This document shows positions 1 through 10,707 of a stretch of DNA of 64,000 nt, one piece after another. Position 1 is the first letter of the stretch; the number at the start of each line of letters is the position of its first letter. Below the pieces are notes generated by a model that worked only from the letters and a program-made list of their open reading frames with translations, did not search any database and was not told where the DNA came from. This stretch comes from Akkermansia sp. GTDB lineage: Bacteria; Verrucomicrobiota; Verrucomicrobiia; Verrucomicrobiales; Akkermansiaceae. The translations under genes were made by a program, and so were the position numbers. The stretch is taken from NCBI GenBank assembly GCA_045614585.1, contig JAZLDD010000072.1, positions 6,761 to 70,760 of the forward strand. Direction: 5' to 3'.

Positions 1-1248
1 AATGATGGTACCAGTCTGGCTTCCATTCAGGTGGTGGCAGACGCCGGCATTCCGGGGTATGAAGATATCAGCCGCATGACGACAGGGGCTTCTGTGAGTG
101 TGCTCGGAAAACTTGTGGAGAGTCCAGGTAAGCAGAAATGGGAAATCCAGGCTACGGAAATCAAATTAGTCGGCGGTTCCCCGGAGTCATATCCTCTGCA
201 GAAAAAAGGGCATTCACCCGAATTCCTCCGCACTATAGCGCACCTTCGCCCGCGAACCAATCTGTTCGGGGCAATATTCCGCACTCGTTCACGTATAGCC
301 GCGGCTGTGCATCAATTCTTCCTTGAACGCGATTTTGTGTGGGTTCACACACCGATTATCACGGCCAGCGATTGTGAGGGTGCAGGGGAGATGTTCCATG
401 TGACCACTCTTGATCCACTTGCTGAGAATAAGAGTTATGATAAGGATTTCTTCGGTAAACCGGCCAATCTTACCGTGTCCGGGCAGCTGGAGGGTGAGAC
501 CTTTGCCTGTGCGTTGAGCAATATCTATACATTTGGTCCCACTTTCCGGGCAGAGAACAGCAACACCTCCCGTCATGCTGCTGAGTTCTGGATGATTGAG
601 CCGGAAATTGCATTCTGCGATATTTACGGTGATATGGATATTGCAGAATCTTTTATCAAGCATATAGCCCGTACTATGCTGGCTGATACCAGCGGTGATT
701 TTGATTTCTTCTGCAAGTTTGTGGATAAGGGGCTCCGCGCCCGATTGGAAGAAGTGGCGGAGAAGCCGTTTATCCGCTGCTCATACACGGAAGCTATCGA
801 AATCATGCAGGCAAGTGGAGAGAAGTTTGAATACAAACCGTACTGGGGCATGGATATGCAGAGTGAGCATGAACGCTTCCTTACAGAGAAGCATTTCAAG
901 AGCCCGGTGATTGTGTATAACTATCCCAAGGATATCAAACCTTTCTACATGAGACTCAATGATGATGGTAAAACCGTAACCGCCATGGATGTGCTGGTGC
1001 CCGGTATTGGTGAAATCATCGGCGGCAGCCAGCGAGAGGAACGCCTGGAGGTGCTTGAAGGGAACATCGAACGCATGGGCATGGATATGGACGTTTATTA
1101 CTGGTATAATGATTTGCGCCGTTTCGGCACAGTGCCGCATGCCGGGTTCGGCGTGGGATTCGAGCGCCTTATCATGTTTGTGACCGGTGTTCAGAATATA
1201 CGCGACGTACTGCCGTATCCACGCACTCCTCGTAATTGCGAGTTCTGA
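1..1248 (+). CDS. asnS: Asparagine--tRNA ligase (5' partial; frame 1 open from base 1, [12 protein letters not shown])
   Basis: Class II aaRS motifs [50 protein letters not shown]. Confidence 0.97.
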   Translation, partial: NDGTSLASIQVVADAGIPGYEDISRMTTGASVSVLGKLVESPGKQKWEIQATEIKLVGGSPESYPLQKKGHSPEFLRTIAHLRPRTNLFGAIFRTRSRIAAAVHQFFLERDFVWVHTPIITASDCEGAGEMFHVTTLDPLAENKSYDKDFFGKPANLTVSGQLEGETFACALSNIYTFGPTFRAENSNTSRHAAEFWMIEPEIAFCDIYGDMDIAESFIKHIARTMLADTSGDFDFFCKFVDKGLRARLEEVAEKPFIRCSYTEAIEIMQASGEKFEYKPYWGMDMQSEHERFLTEKHFKSPVIVYNYPKDIKPFYMRLNDDGKTVTAMDVLVPGIGEIIGGSQREERLEVLEGNIERMGMDMDVYYWYNDLRRFGTVPHAGFGVGFERLIMFVTGVQNIRDVLPYPRTPRNCEF

Positions 1249-1288
1249 TATTGACTACACCGGCTACAGCTGTTAGGATAAGGGAACG

Positions 1289-2485
<1,197 letters not shown>

Positions 2486-2505
2486 TTCCCGCCTCTGGAA
2501 TATCT

Positions 2506-2862
2506 TTATTTTCCGGGAGCGGCGCTCTGGGCCGGCAGGGCCTCTTCTTCCACGTTGAGCGCGGGTTGCTGTGAGCAGGATTCTACCCAGAAAGTGGTAA
2601 CGTATATTATGTAGATGAGGGTCAGAACGGTGCCTGCTGCATTGATGATTCTACCGATAATGCGCCAGCGCGTGATAAGAGCTACGGCAAGCACGACAAA
2701 GCTGATGAGGATTCCCCCCAGACTGATGAAGATGGCCCCGGTTTCATCGTGCGGTTTCGTGGTGGTGTAGTGAATGATGCCGGGAACAACTCCCAGCATC
2801 AGGACTGCACCAAAACAATCCCAGCTGCCGAATGCGTTCAAATCTTCCTGTGGTTCACTCAT
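2506..2862 (-). CDS. Small integral membrane protein (3 predicted TM segments)
   Basis: Hydrophobic stretches; TATACT -10 box 8 nt before ATG 2862. Confidence 0.7.
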   Translation of the reverse strand: MSEPQEDLNAFGSWDCFGAVLMLGVVPGIIHYTTTKPHDETGAIFISLGGILISFVVLAVALITRWRIIGRIINAAGTVLTLIYIIYVTTFWVESCSQQPALNVEEEALPAQSAAPGK

Positions 2863-2990
2863 GCAGGTGGAGTATAACGCGCCCACTCCGGTATGGCAAT
2901 TCCTTTTTCTCGCAACTGCGGCATTCGTGTGTACATGCTGCGGAATTTACTTTACAAAAGCGGAATAATCAGGCATTCTCTGCGCCGTCT

Positions 2991-4811
2991 ATGTCTTTTT
3001 CCGAACTTGGTATCTGCCCTGAGATTTTAGAGGCCATTGAGGTCCTTGGTTTTGAAACTCCTTCTCCCATACAGGAACGCGCTATCCCTCCGGCTCTTGA
3101 GGGGGCTGATATCCTTGGCCTTTCCCACACAGGTTCCGGTAAGACTCTGGCGTTTTCGATTCCTGCCCTGGAGTGCATAGACCCTTCGCTGCGCGCGGTG
3201 CAGGTGCTGTGTCTGGCTCCGACTCGCGAGCTGGCTGTGCAGATATGCCGCGAGGTGGATAAACTGGCTCTTTTCCTGGATGGTGTGAGCGCTGTGCCGA
3301 TTTACGGCGGTGCTTCATTTGCCCCGCAGCTTGCTGCGCTGAAGCGTGGCGTGCAGTTTGTGGTGGGTACTCCCGGGCGCGTGATTGATCTGATGGAGCA
3401 GGGTGAGCTGAAGCCGGATCATATCTCCATGCTGATTCTGGATGAAGCAGATGAAATGCTGGATATGGGATTCCAGGAGGATATCGACCGTGTGGTTGCG
3501 CTGCTGCCCTCTGACCGTCAGACTCTGCTTTTTTCCGCAACCATGTCGCCGGCTATTCGTCATCTGGTGAATTCTGTGGCCGATGAGCCGCTTGAAATTG
3601 CGATTGAACGCCCGCAGCTCACGGTGCCCACATGCGAGCAGTGCGTATATGAGGTGGTGTTTTCTTCCCGTATTGAGGTGCTGAGCCGATTGATTGAGAT
3701 GGGCCGCATGAAGCGTGGTCTGGTGTTTGCCAATACCAAGCGGGTGGTGGATGATATAGTGGACGGCCTGCTGGCGCGCGGTTATGCGGTGGACCGTCTG
3801 CATGGCGATATGCCGCAGACTTTGCGTGAGCGCGTGATGGATTCATTCCGCAAGGGCAATCTTACGGTGCTGGTGGCCACAGATATTGCCGCCCGCGGTC
3901 TGGATATTGATGATGTAGATACCGTGGTGAATTTTGAACTGCCGCGGGACCCTGAGGACTATGTGCACCGTATCGGGCGCACGGCACGCGCCGGTCGTAA
4001 AGGGCGCGCTGTTTCCTTTATCGGTCGCCGGGATTTTTCCCTGCTGGCTCGATTAGAACGCTTTGTGGGGGTACGCATGCAGCGTGAAAAGGTGATGACC
4101 GGCACCCAGGTGGAGGAAGTTCGCCGCGAGTCTCTGGTAGATGAGATTCTCGAAAATGCAGCCACCGCTACCGAGTTGCCAGAGGCATTGAGCGATATCG
4201 ACCTGCCTGCCGAGCAGCTTCTGGCCGCTATGTTTAACCTGCTTGTGGCAAAAACGAGTCGTGAGCTGCAGCCGATTCCTGAAGACAGACCCAGCAAATT
4301 TTCTCGCAATGCCCGCGTGGCGGATGAAGCCTCTGCCTCTGTAGAAAAGGGCAATGACTGGAGCAGCCTGCAGCAGAGTGTTACCCTGTTCATGAACGGT
4401 GGCAAGCTGCTGGGCCTGCGCCCCAAGGATATCGCCGGTCTGTTTTACAATGAGGGCGGGGCACCTAAGGGCTCGGTGGGTGATATCCGCTTGTTCCTCA
4501 AGCATTCTCTCATCGAGGTTTCGCCAGAAATAGCGCCCCAGCTTATCGAGCGCCTTGGTACCTGCCAGATATGCGGTTATGAGGTTAATGTGCGCGAGGA
4601 TAAAGGCCGCCAGGAATCCGGCAATGCACCGCATGAGCGTGAATTCCGCCCTCGCGAGCGCGAACGCCGCGGCGCTTCTTATGCTGGCCGTGGTAATTCT
4701 TCGTTCCAGCGCGACCGCGGAACCGGTCGCCGCGAGTCTCGCAGCCGCAGCGAGCGCCCGGAACGCGTCTTTTACGATAAGTTCAGCCGCAGACCCCGCC
4801 GCCGCGATTGA
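2991..4811 (+). CDS. DEAD-box RNA helicase (DeaD/CsdA-like, with DbpA RNA-binding domain and Arg-rich tail)
   Basis: Q motif GFETPSPIQ, TGSGKT, PTRELA, TPGR, DEAD, SAT, ARGLD, HRIGRTAR; start placed at MSFSELG. Confidence 0.93.
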   Translation: MSFSELGICPEILEAIEVLGFETPSPIQERAIPPALEGADILGLSHTGSGKTLAFSIPALECIDPSLRAVQVLCLAPTRELAVQICREVDKLALFLDGVSAVPIYGGASFAPQLAALKRGVQFVVGTPGRVIDLMEQGELKPDHISMLILDEADEMLDMGFQEDIDRVVALLPSDRQTLLFSATMSPAIRHLVNSVADEPLEIAIERPQLTVPTCEQCVYEVVFSSRIEVLSRLIEMGRMKRGLVFANTKRVVDDIVDGLLARGYAVDRLHGDMPQTLRERVMDSFRKGNLTVLVATDIAARGLDIDDVDTVVNFELPRDPEDYVHRIGRTARAGRKGRAVSFIGRRDFSLLARLERFVGVRMQREKVMTGTQVEEVRRESLVDEILENAATATELPEALSDIDLPAEQLLAAMFNLLVAKTSRELQPIPEDRPSKFSRNARVADEASASVEKGNDWSSLQQSVTLFMNGGKLLGLRPKDIAGLFYNEGGAPKGSVGDIRLFLKHSLIEVSPEIAPQLIERLGTCQICGYEVNVREDKGRQESGNAPHEREFRPRERERRGASYAGRGNSSFQRDRGTGRRESRSRSERPERVFYDKFSRRPRRRD

Positions 4812-4839
4812 GATGAGTTGCTTACCTCTCCATGGTTGC

Positions 4840-5709
4840 TCATGCTTCTGCGCAGACCGCCCGGCGCCGGAGCTTCTGCTCCAGCTCTGTTTCTGAAAGT
4901 GCAGAGAAATGAAGCGCTGGCTGGCTGAGTATATTGCGCAGCTTGGTGCTAAGGTTGAAGTTCAGTCGCGATATAAGGCGGTCATTCCAGAAATTCGCGT
5001 GCAGTTCTATGTGCGCCGGGTTCAGGGTGCAGGTGAGCAGCTGCAGCATGCGTGCAAGCATTTCTTCCACCAGGGTGTGGTCGGCATAGTCCAGCGTTTC
5101 CCACTCTGCGGGCAGCGGCAGCAGGTGAAGCAGCGGGCAAAGGCTTACGCAGCCGTGCCGCAGCATGGCGCCTTGCGGGGCTTTCCCTTTCTGCAGCAGC
5201 AGGGTGAGGGTGTTTTCCTGTCCGCTCACCAGAGCTTCTGCTGCGTATAATTCCTGCACGTGGCAGTTGTGCCTCTTCTGCAGGTGTGATTGCATGATTG
5301 GTCCCAGGCCAGGCGCCAGGCAGATTTTACAGAGCTTGTGCAGTCGGGCTGCGGAGTCAAGCCAATCATCCAGACTCTCTGCATGCACTTGCGCAAACCG
5401 GGCCTGCCTCTCACCGAGCAGTTTTCCCTGCATATCCAGAAATTCCAGATGCAGCAGCGTGCAATGGGGTTCCGGTCTCGTTGTGACGAGTGCTACTGCT
5501 GCATGGCCGGGGTTGAAATGGTAGAGCTGAACAGGCCGTCCGCCTCCTGAAGCTATTAATGTGCCGGGCGTTACCACTCCCTCTTTTGCCAATGCCGCGA
5601 TGGCTGCGTTTGTGCTCACCTGGCTCAGCCCCAGTGCTGCTGCTATCTGTGGCCGTGTAGCGCTGCGCTGCTGCTGCATATACCGGGCGATTCTGAACCT
5701 GCTGTTCAT
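4840..5709 (-). CDS. wHTH transcriptional regulator with degenerate ROK-like domain
   Basis: N-terminal TRPQIAAALGLSQVS...SGGGRP typical of ROK-family repressors. Confidence 0.7.
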   Translation of the reverse strand: MNSRFRIARYMQQQRSATRPQIAAALGLSQVSTNAAIAALAKEGVVTPGTLIASGGGRPVQLYHFNPGHAAVALVTTRPEPHCTLLHLEFLDMQGKLLGERQARFAQVHAESLDDWLDSAARLHKLCKICLAPGLGPIMQSHLQKRHNCHVQELYAAEALVSGQENTLTLLLQKGKAPQGAMLRHGCVSLCPLLHLLPLPAEWETLDYADHTLVEEMLARMLQLLTCTLNPAHIELHANFWNDRLISRLNFNLSTKLRNILSQPALHFSALSETELEQKLRRRAVCAEA

Positions 5710-5889
5710 AACTTTATTAAGACGCTTAAGAAAGTATAGTGAATTTCGCATAAAAGGCAAGCGTTATTTTATATTAAATGAATTAGAGTATGAAATGGGA
5801 TGCGTTGCGAGATAGCAGAGAGGACAAATACTAGACACTGGCGGGGAGATGTGTTAGTATTACCTTAACCACAAAGAGAACAGAAGACT

Positions 5890-7503
5890 ATGAAATATAT
5901 TTTTGTAACCGGCGGTGTAGTTTCCTCCCTGGGTAAAGGTCTCGCGGCAGCCTCTATCGGCACGCTGCTGGAGCATTGCGGTCTGGAAGTGACCATGCAG
6001 AAGTTTGACCCGTATCTGAATATTGACCCGGGAACCATGAGCCCGTACCAGCATGGTGAAGTGTATGTGCTCAATGACGGTGCGGAGACAGACCTTGACC
6101 TGGGGCACTACGAGCGTTTCGTACACTGCGAACTTTCCCGCCTGAACAATCTGACCAGCGGCAAGGTATTTGAGCGCGTTCTGGAAAAGGAGCGTCGTGG
6201 TGATTATCTTGGCAAGACTGTGCAGTACATACCGCACGTGACGGATGAAATTAAGCAGCGTCTCTACGACCTTTCTGAGAAGAATAAGAACTGCGATGTG
6301 ATTATCACGGAAATTGGTGGTACTGTGGGTGATATTGAGGGCTTCCTGTTCCTGGAGTCTCTGCGTCAGTTCAGCCAGGAGGTGGGCCGCAACAATTGCT
6401 GCTTCATCCACGTGACCCTGCTGCCCTACATCAAGGCTGCCGGCGAAACCAAGACCAAGCCCACGCAGCAGAGTGTGGCTAAGCTGCGCGAGATTGGTAT
6501 CCAGCCTGACATGATTGTGTGCCGCACGGAAATGGACAACCTGACTGATGAGGAGAAGCGCAAGATTGCCATGTTCTGCAATGTGCCCGCTTCCAATGTG
6601 GTTGCCTTCTGTGATGTGAAGCACAGCATCTACGAATGCCCCATCGACCTGGGACGCGACAAGGTGGACCGCATTGTGACCGATGTTCTGGGTATCACTG
6701 TTCCCAAGCCCAAGATGGACGACTGGCAGAAGTTTGTGGGGCGTGTGATTCACCCCTCTCACAGCGTGCGCATCGCCGTGGTGGGCAAGTACATTTCCCT
6801 GCAGGATGCCTATAAATCCATTTACGAAAGCTTTACTCATGCCGGTGCTGCCAATGATTGCCGCGTGGAGGTAGTACGCGTGGATGCTGAGGCTCTGAGT
6901 AACGGCAGCTGCGAGGAAATGATTGGCAAGGTGGACGGCATACTTGTGCCCGGTGGCTTCGGTGACCGCGGCGTGGAAGGCAAGATCAAGGCCGTACAGT
7001 ATGCTCGCGAAAACAATATTCCTTTCCTGGGTATCTGCCTTGGTATGCAGGTGGCAGTCATTGAGTTCGCCCGCAACGTGCTTGGCCATGCCGATGCTAA
7101 CTCCACCGAGTTCAACAAGGACAGCAAGGCCCCGGTGGTGTGCCTGCAGGAAGAGCAGAAGCATATTGAGAACATGGGTGCCACCATGCGTCTGGGGGCA
7201 TACCCGGCCCACATCAAACCCGGCACCCTGTGCAGCAAACTTTATGATGGTAAGGAGGTTATCTCCGAACGCCACCGCCACCGCTACGAGTTTAATGCCG
7301 CCTACCGTGACGAGGTAGAGAATGCCGGTATGGTGATTTCTGCGGTGAATGATGAACATGGTCTGGTGGAAGTGGTGGAGCTGCCTACGCATCCATTCTT
7401 CATTGCCTGCCAGTACCACCCCGAATTCCAGAGCCGCCCGAACAGCGCACATCCCCTGTTTGCCGGTCTGGTGGCCGCAGCGCTGGAATCTCAGCAGGCT
7501 TGA
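5890..7503 (+). CDS. pyrG: CTP synthase
   Basis: MKYIFVTGGVVSSLGKG, KTKPTQ, GICLGMQ, RHRHRYE, QYHPEF. Confidence 0.98.
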   Translation: MKYIFVTGGVVSSLGKGLAAASIGTLLEHCGLEVTMQKFDPYLNIDPGTMSPYQHGEVYVLNDGAETDLDLGHYERFVHCELSRLNNLTSGKVFERVLEKERRGDYLGKTVQYIPHVTDEIKQRLYDLSEKNKNCDVIITEIGGTVGDIEGFLFLESLRQFSQEVGRNNCCFIHVTLLPYIKAAGETKTKPTQQSVAKLREIGIQPDMIVCRTEMDNLTDEEKRKIAMFCNVPASNVVAFCDVKHSIYECPIDLGRDKVDRIVTDVLGITVPKPKMDDWQKFVGRVIHPSHSVRIAVVGKYISLQDAYKSIYESFTHAGAANDCRVEVVRVDAEALSNGSCEEMIGKVDGILVPGGFGDRGVEGKIKAVQYARENNIPFLGICLGMQVAVIEFARNVLGHADANSTEFNKDSKAPVVCLQEEQKHIENMGATMRLGAYPAHIKPGTLCSKLYDGKEVISERHRHRYEFNAAYRDEVENAGMVISAVNDEHGLVEVVELPTHPFFIACQYHPEFQSRPNSAHPLFAGLVAAALESQQA

Positions 7504-7564
7504 TTTTGTAAAACTTATCCCCGGCGGCGGAGCGTAACAGCCCGCCCCCGATTTTTCGTGCAAT

Positions 7565-9154
7565 ATGATTGATATACTGGTAGTTCTGGCGTATTTCTGC
7601 GCTATTTTCGGCATTGGCCTCTACGTGGGTCGCAAACAGGAGAGCCTGGAAAGCTATGCCCTGGGAAACCGTAATCTCCCCTGGTGGGCCATTCTGGCTT
7701 CTATTCTGGCGGCCGAAATCAGTGCGGCCACTTTTCTGGGGGCTCCTGGCGAAGGGTTTGCACTGCGCAATTTTACCTATGCGCAGCTGGCGATAGGCAC
7801 AATTCTGGGGCGTATCATTGTTGGCCGTCTTTTCCTGAAGCCGTACTACCAGTATAATGTGGTTTCCATTTACGAATATCTGGAAAAGCGATTCGGCCTT
7901 ACCACCAGACGCTGGGCCAGCATAACCTTCCTTATCAGCCGTGTTCTGGCCAGTGGCACCCGCCTCTTCTTTGCCGGTATTCTTCTGGTGATTGCCTATA
8001 TGATGGTGACTGGTCAGGACAGCGCCGGGCAGATGGAAACCGTGGTTATCTATATTGCTGCGCTCACCTTTATAACAATTGCTACTGCTGTATATACCAC
8101 GCTGGGGGGGCTTAAGGCTGTGGTGTGGACAGATGTCCTCCAAGCCTCTATTCTTGCAGTCTCTCTGGTCACGACGATTGGCGTGCTGCTCTTCAGTATC
8201 AAGGCCGACGGCAGTTGGAGCTCGGCCTGGGATGCTATCTGCTATCATCTGGGAAACAAAGATTATAACCCCTGTGAAATCAAGAATCTGAAACCCTGGG
8301 CATTCTTTGATTCCGGCCTGAGCGGGCAGGGGATTATGGACGATATCAGGAATATTCTGAGCAGTGAATACACTCTGTGGAGTGCAGTGCTGGGTTCCAC
8401 CTTCATTACCATGGCCACCCATGGCACCGACCAGGATATGGTGCAGCGTATGCTGACCGCGCCTGACAGCAAGAAGGGAGCCCGCGCGGTGATTCTCTCC
8501 GGGCTTATGGATATGCCCATCGTGCTGGTGTTCATTTCCTGCGGCATGCTGCTCTTTGTGTATTTCGCCCAGAACGGCATTACCCCGCCGGAGAAGCAGA
8601 TTGAGATTTTCCCATGGTTCATCATTCATTGTCTGCCTGCGGGGGTCCGCGGTCTGCTGGTGGCGGCCTTGCTGGCCACAGCTATGGGCTCGCTTTCCAC
8701 GGCTCTGAATGCCTTGGCCACCACTGCCACCCGAGATTGGTATGTGGATGTGTTTCACCCGCAGGCCGGGCAGACAGAGCAGCTGAGGGCAGTGCGATGG
8801 CTCACCGTATTCTTTGCTGTGCTGCTTATCGTGGTTGGCGCGGGTACAGCGTGGCTCACGGTTATGGACCCCACGGTGCGAATCCTGCCTATCGCTCTGG
8901 GTATATTCGGTTACACGTATGGCTCTCTGCTGGGCGTGTTCCTGCTGGGTATGCTTACTAAGAGCCGTGGCTGTGATGCGGGCAATATACTTGCTATGCT
9001 TACTGGATTTGTTGTGGTAATCCTGCTGGAAATAGGGGGCCGCCAGGGGTGGTTGCCCGCTATTGCTTTCCCGTGGCGGGTCACGGTCGGCACTTTGGCT
9101 ACCTTTGTAGTCGGCTCTCTGTTCCGCTCTCCCGTAAAGAATAATTGTAAATAA
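7565..9154 (+). CDS. Sodium:solute symporter family transporter
   Basis: Multiple TM helices; SILAAEISAATFLGAPG, YTTLGGLKAVVWTD, DQDMVQR. Confidence 0.9.
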   Translation: MIDILVVLAYFCAIFGIGLYVGRKQESLESYALGNRNLPWWAILASILAAEISAATFLGAPGEGFALRNFTYAQLAIGTILGRIIVGRLFLKPYYQYNVVSIYEYLEKRFGLTTRRWASITFLISRVLASGTRLFFAGILLVIAYMMVTGQDSAGQMETVVIYIAALTFITIATAVYTTLGGLKAVVWTDVLQASILAVSLVTTIGVLLFSIKADGSWSSAWDAICYHLGNKDYNPCEIKNLKPWAFFDSGLSGQGIMDDIRNILSSEYTLWSAVLGSTFITMATHGTDQDMVQRMLTAPDSKKGARAVILSGLMDMPIVLVFISCGMLLFVYFAQNGITPPEKQIEIFPWFIIHCLPAGVRGLLVAALLATAMGSLSTALNALATTATRDWYVDVFHPQAGQTEQLRAVRWLTVFFAVLLIVVGAGTAWLTVMDPTVRILPIALGIFGYTYGSLLGVFLLGMLTKSRGCDAGNILAMLTGFVVVILLEIGGRQGWLPAIAFPWRVTVGTLATFVVGSLFRSPVKNNCK

Positions 9155-9191
9155 CTCTTGTAATTTTCAACATATTGTGTATACTGCGCCT

Positions 9192-9485
9192 ATGCCGACG
9201 ACGGAAGATACCACCTATGAGATTCAGCGGGATGCTCTTACGGCTGCTATTATTGCGCTGAATAGCATGAGCCCTTGCGACGGGGTCATCATGACTCAGG
9301 GCGGTGAGGTCAAGGTAGGGTATGAAACAGATGCCGACTTTCTCTGCATGTTGATTCCCGCCGGTGTTCTTGCGCGCCAGCTTACGGCTGATGGCCTTTC
9401 CTCCTACACCGGTAAAGAACTTAAGAAGTGGGCTGATTCCTACGACCTTGCCCCCCTGCAGAGCAAGGTGGATGCAGCCCGGTAA
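9192..9485 (+). CDS. Hypothetical protein
   Basis: ORF with host-like codon usage; TATACT 6 nt upstream of ATG. Confidence 0.65.
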   Translation: MPTTEDTTYEIQRDALTAAIIALNSMSPCDGVIMTQGGEVKVGYETDADFLCMLIPAGVLARQLTADGLSSYTGKELKKWADSYDLAPLQSKVDAAR

Positions 9486-9509
9486 TATAATAACACCCAA
9501 GATACCATA

Positions 9510-10121
9510 ATGAAGACGAAATACATACTCCTGTTAGCGGTTGCTTTATTTGCATTTGGTGCCCCTGTGGCAGATGCCGCTCCCAAGAAGAGCAAGAAGG
9601 CCAAGGCCGCCAAGGCTGTCTCTGATGATATGTTTGATATCTTGAGCCCTTCCGAGGCCGACGATGCCAAGGCTGCCAAGGCTGCTGCCAAGGCAGAGGC
9701 TGCTGAAGCTGCTCAGGCAGAGAAAGAGCGTCTGGCTGAAATGTCCGGCGCTGAGCGCCGGGAAGAGAATAAGTTGCTCGCTGAGGATACGAAGTTTTAC
9801 ATCGAAAATCAGAAAAAGACGCTCAAAATTCTTCGTGCTGTCCGCAATGAGAAATCTGCCGCCAAAGCCGTGAAGCCTCTGGAAAAAATCTATGGCAAAG
9901 TGGTGGATGCAGAATCTGCCGCTGGCACCGTGACCGCTCTCGGTACCGTGAAAATCATGGAGGAAGATGAGAGCAAACTGCCTGTGCACCAGGCATCCCG
10001 TGCTACTGCGGCTGCTCTCAATAAGGCGATTAATAAGGAAATGAGCCGTATTTCCGAGCTCGGTATTGAACACAAGAAGTTCAATGGTGCTATCAAGAAT
10101 ATGATTGATCAGCAGCGCTGA
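9510..10121 (+). CDS. Secreted Lys/Ala-rich hypothetical protein
   Basis: Signal peptide MKTKYILLLAVALFAFGAPVADA; followed by a terminator. Confidence 0.75.
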   Translation: MKTKYILLLAVALFAFGAPVADAAPKKSKKAKAAKAVSDDMFDILSPSEADDAKAAKAAAKAEAAEAAQAEKERLAEMSGAERREENKLLAEDTKFYIENQKKTLKILRAVRNEKSAAKAVKPLEKIYGKVVDAESAAGTVTALGTVKIMEEDESKLPVHQASRATAAALNKAINKEMSRISELGIEHKKFNGAIKNMIDQQR

Positions 10122-10143
10122 GTTTTTAAATACCTTTATTCGG

Positions 10144-10182
10144 TCCCTTCCGTTCTTTTAGACGGAAGGGATTCTTTTTTTT
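10144..10182 (+). terminator. Intrinsic terminator
   Basis: TCCCTTCCGT/ACGGAAGGGA stem followed by a T run. Confidence 0.8.
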
Positions 10183-10277
10183 GTGAAAAAACTTGAATTA
10201 ATCAAATAAAACCGTTCTGTCTGTACGCTTGATTGATGTAGACGGCATGAAGCCGGTCTGCGAAACTATAAAAGACC

Positions 10278-10535
10278 ATGAAAAAATATATAATGCAATT
10301 AGCCGTAGTAGCAAGCGTAGCCTTGCTGGTAGTGAACAATCAGGCCTCTGCAGCTGAGCATCGAGGGGCAGCAGGCAAGCACAAGCAGAAGATGCACCAG
10401 GTCTGTCACCATCATCATGCCGGGCATCATGTACAGCATAATAAGAAGCGGTCATGCTGCAAGCGGGCAGATAAGATGCATTGCAAAGCCATTGCCGCTC
10501 ATAAGAGGAAGAATCACTGCCGCCATGGACACTGA
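10278..10535 (+). CDS. Small secreted His/Cys/Lys-rich protein
   Basis: Signal peptide ending ASA; mature region contains CHHHHAGHH, SCC, HCRHGH; bracketed by terminators. Confidence 0.6.
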   Translation: MKKYIMQLAVVASVALLVVNNQASAAEHRGAAGKHKQKMHQVCHHHHAGHHVQHNKKRSCCKRADKMHCKAIAAHKRKNHCRHGH

Positions 10536-10571
10536 AGATAACACAGATGATGGGATAACTCCACCCATTTG

Positions 10572-10610
10572 AAACCGCCGCAAAGTTCTGGGCTTTGTGG
10601 CGGTTTTTTA
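10572..10610 (+). terminator. Intrinsic terminator
   Basis: AAACCGCCGCAAAG/CTTTGTGGCGGTTT stem plus T run. Confidence 0.8.
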
Positions 10611-10707
10611 TTCGAGCAAGAGAATCCGATACGCAGGGGTGACGGAATAGAACACACTTTGAACTTGCGCGTGCGCGGGTATGCGCGTATTATACGGTAG
10701 CGAATCT

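Noticed and set aside
5860-7614. 584-aa minus-strand ORF
   Set aside because: Antisense shadow of pyrG with no recognisable motifs
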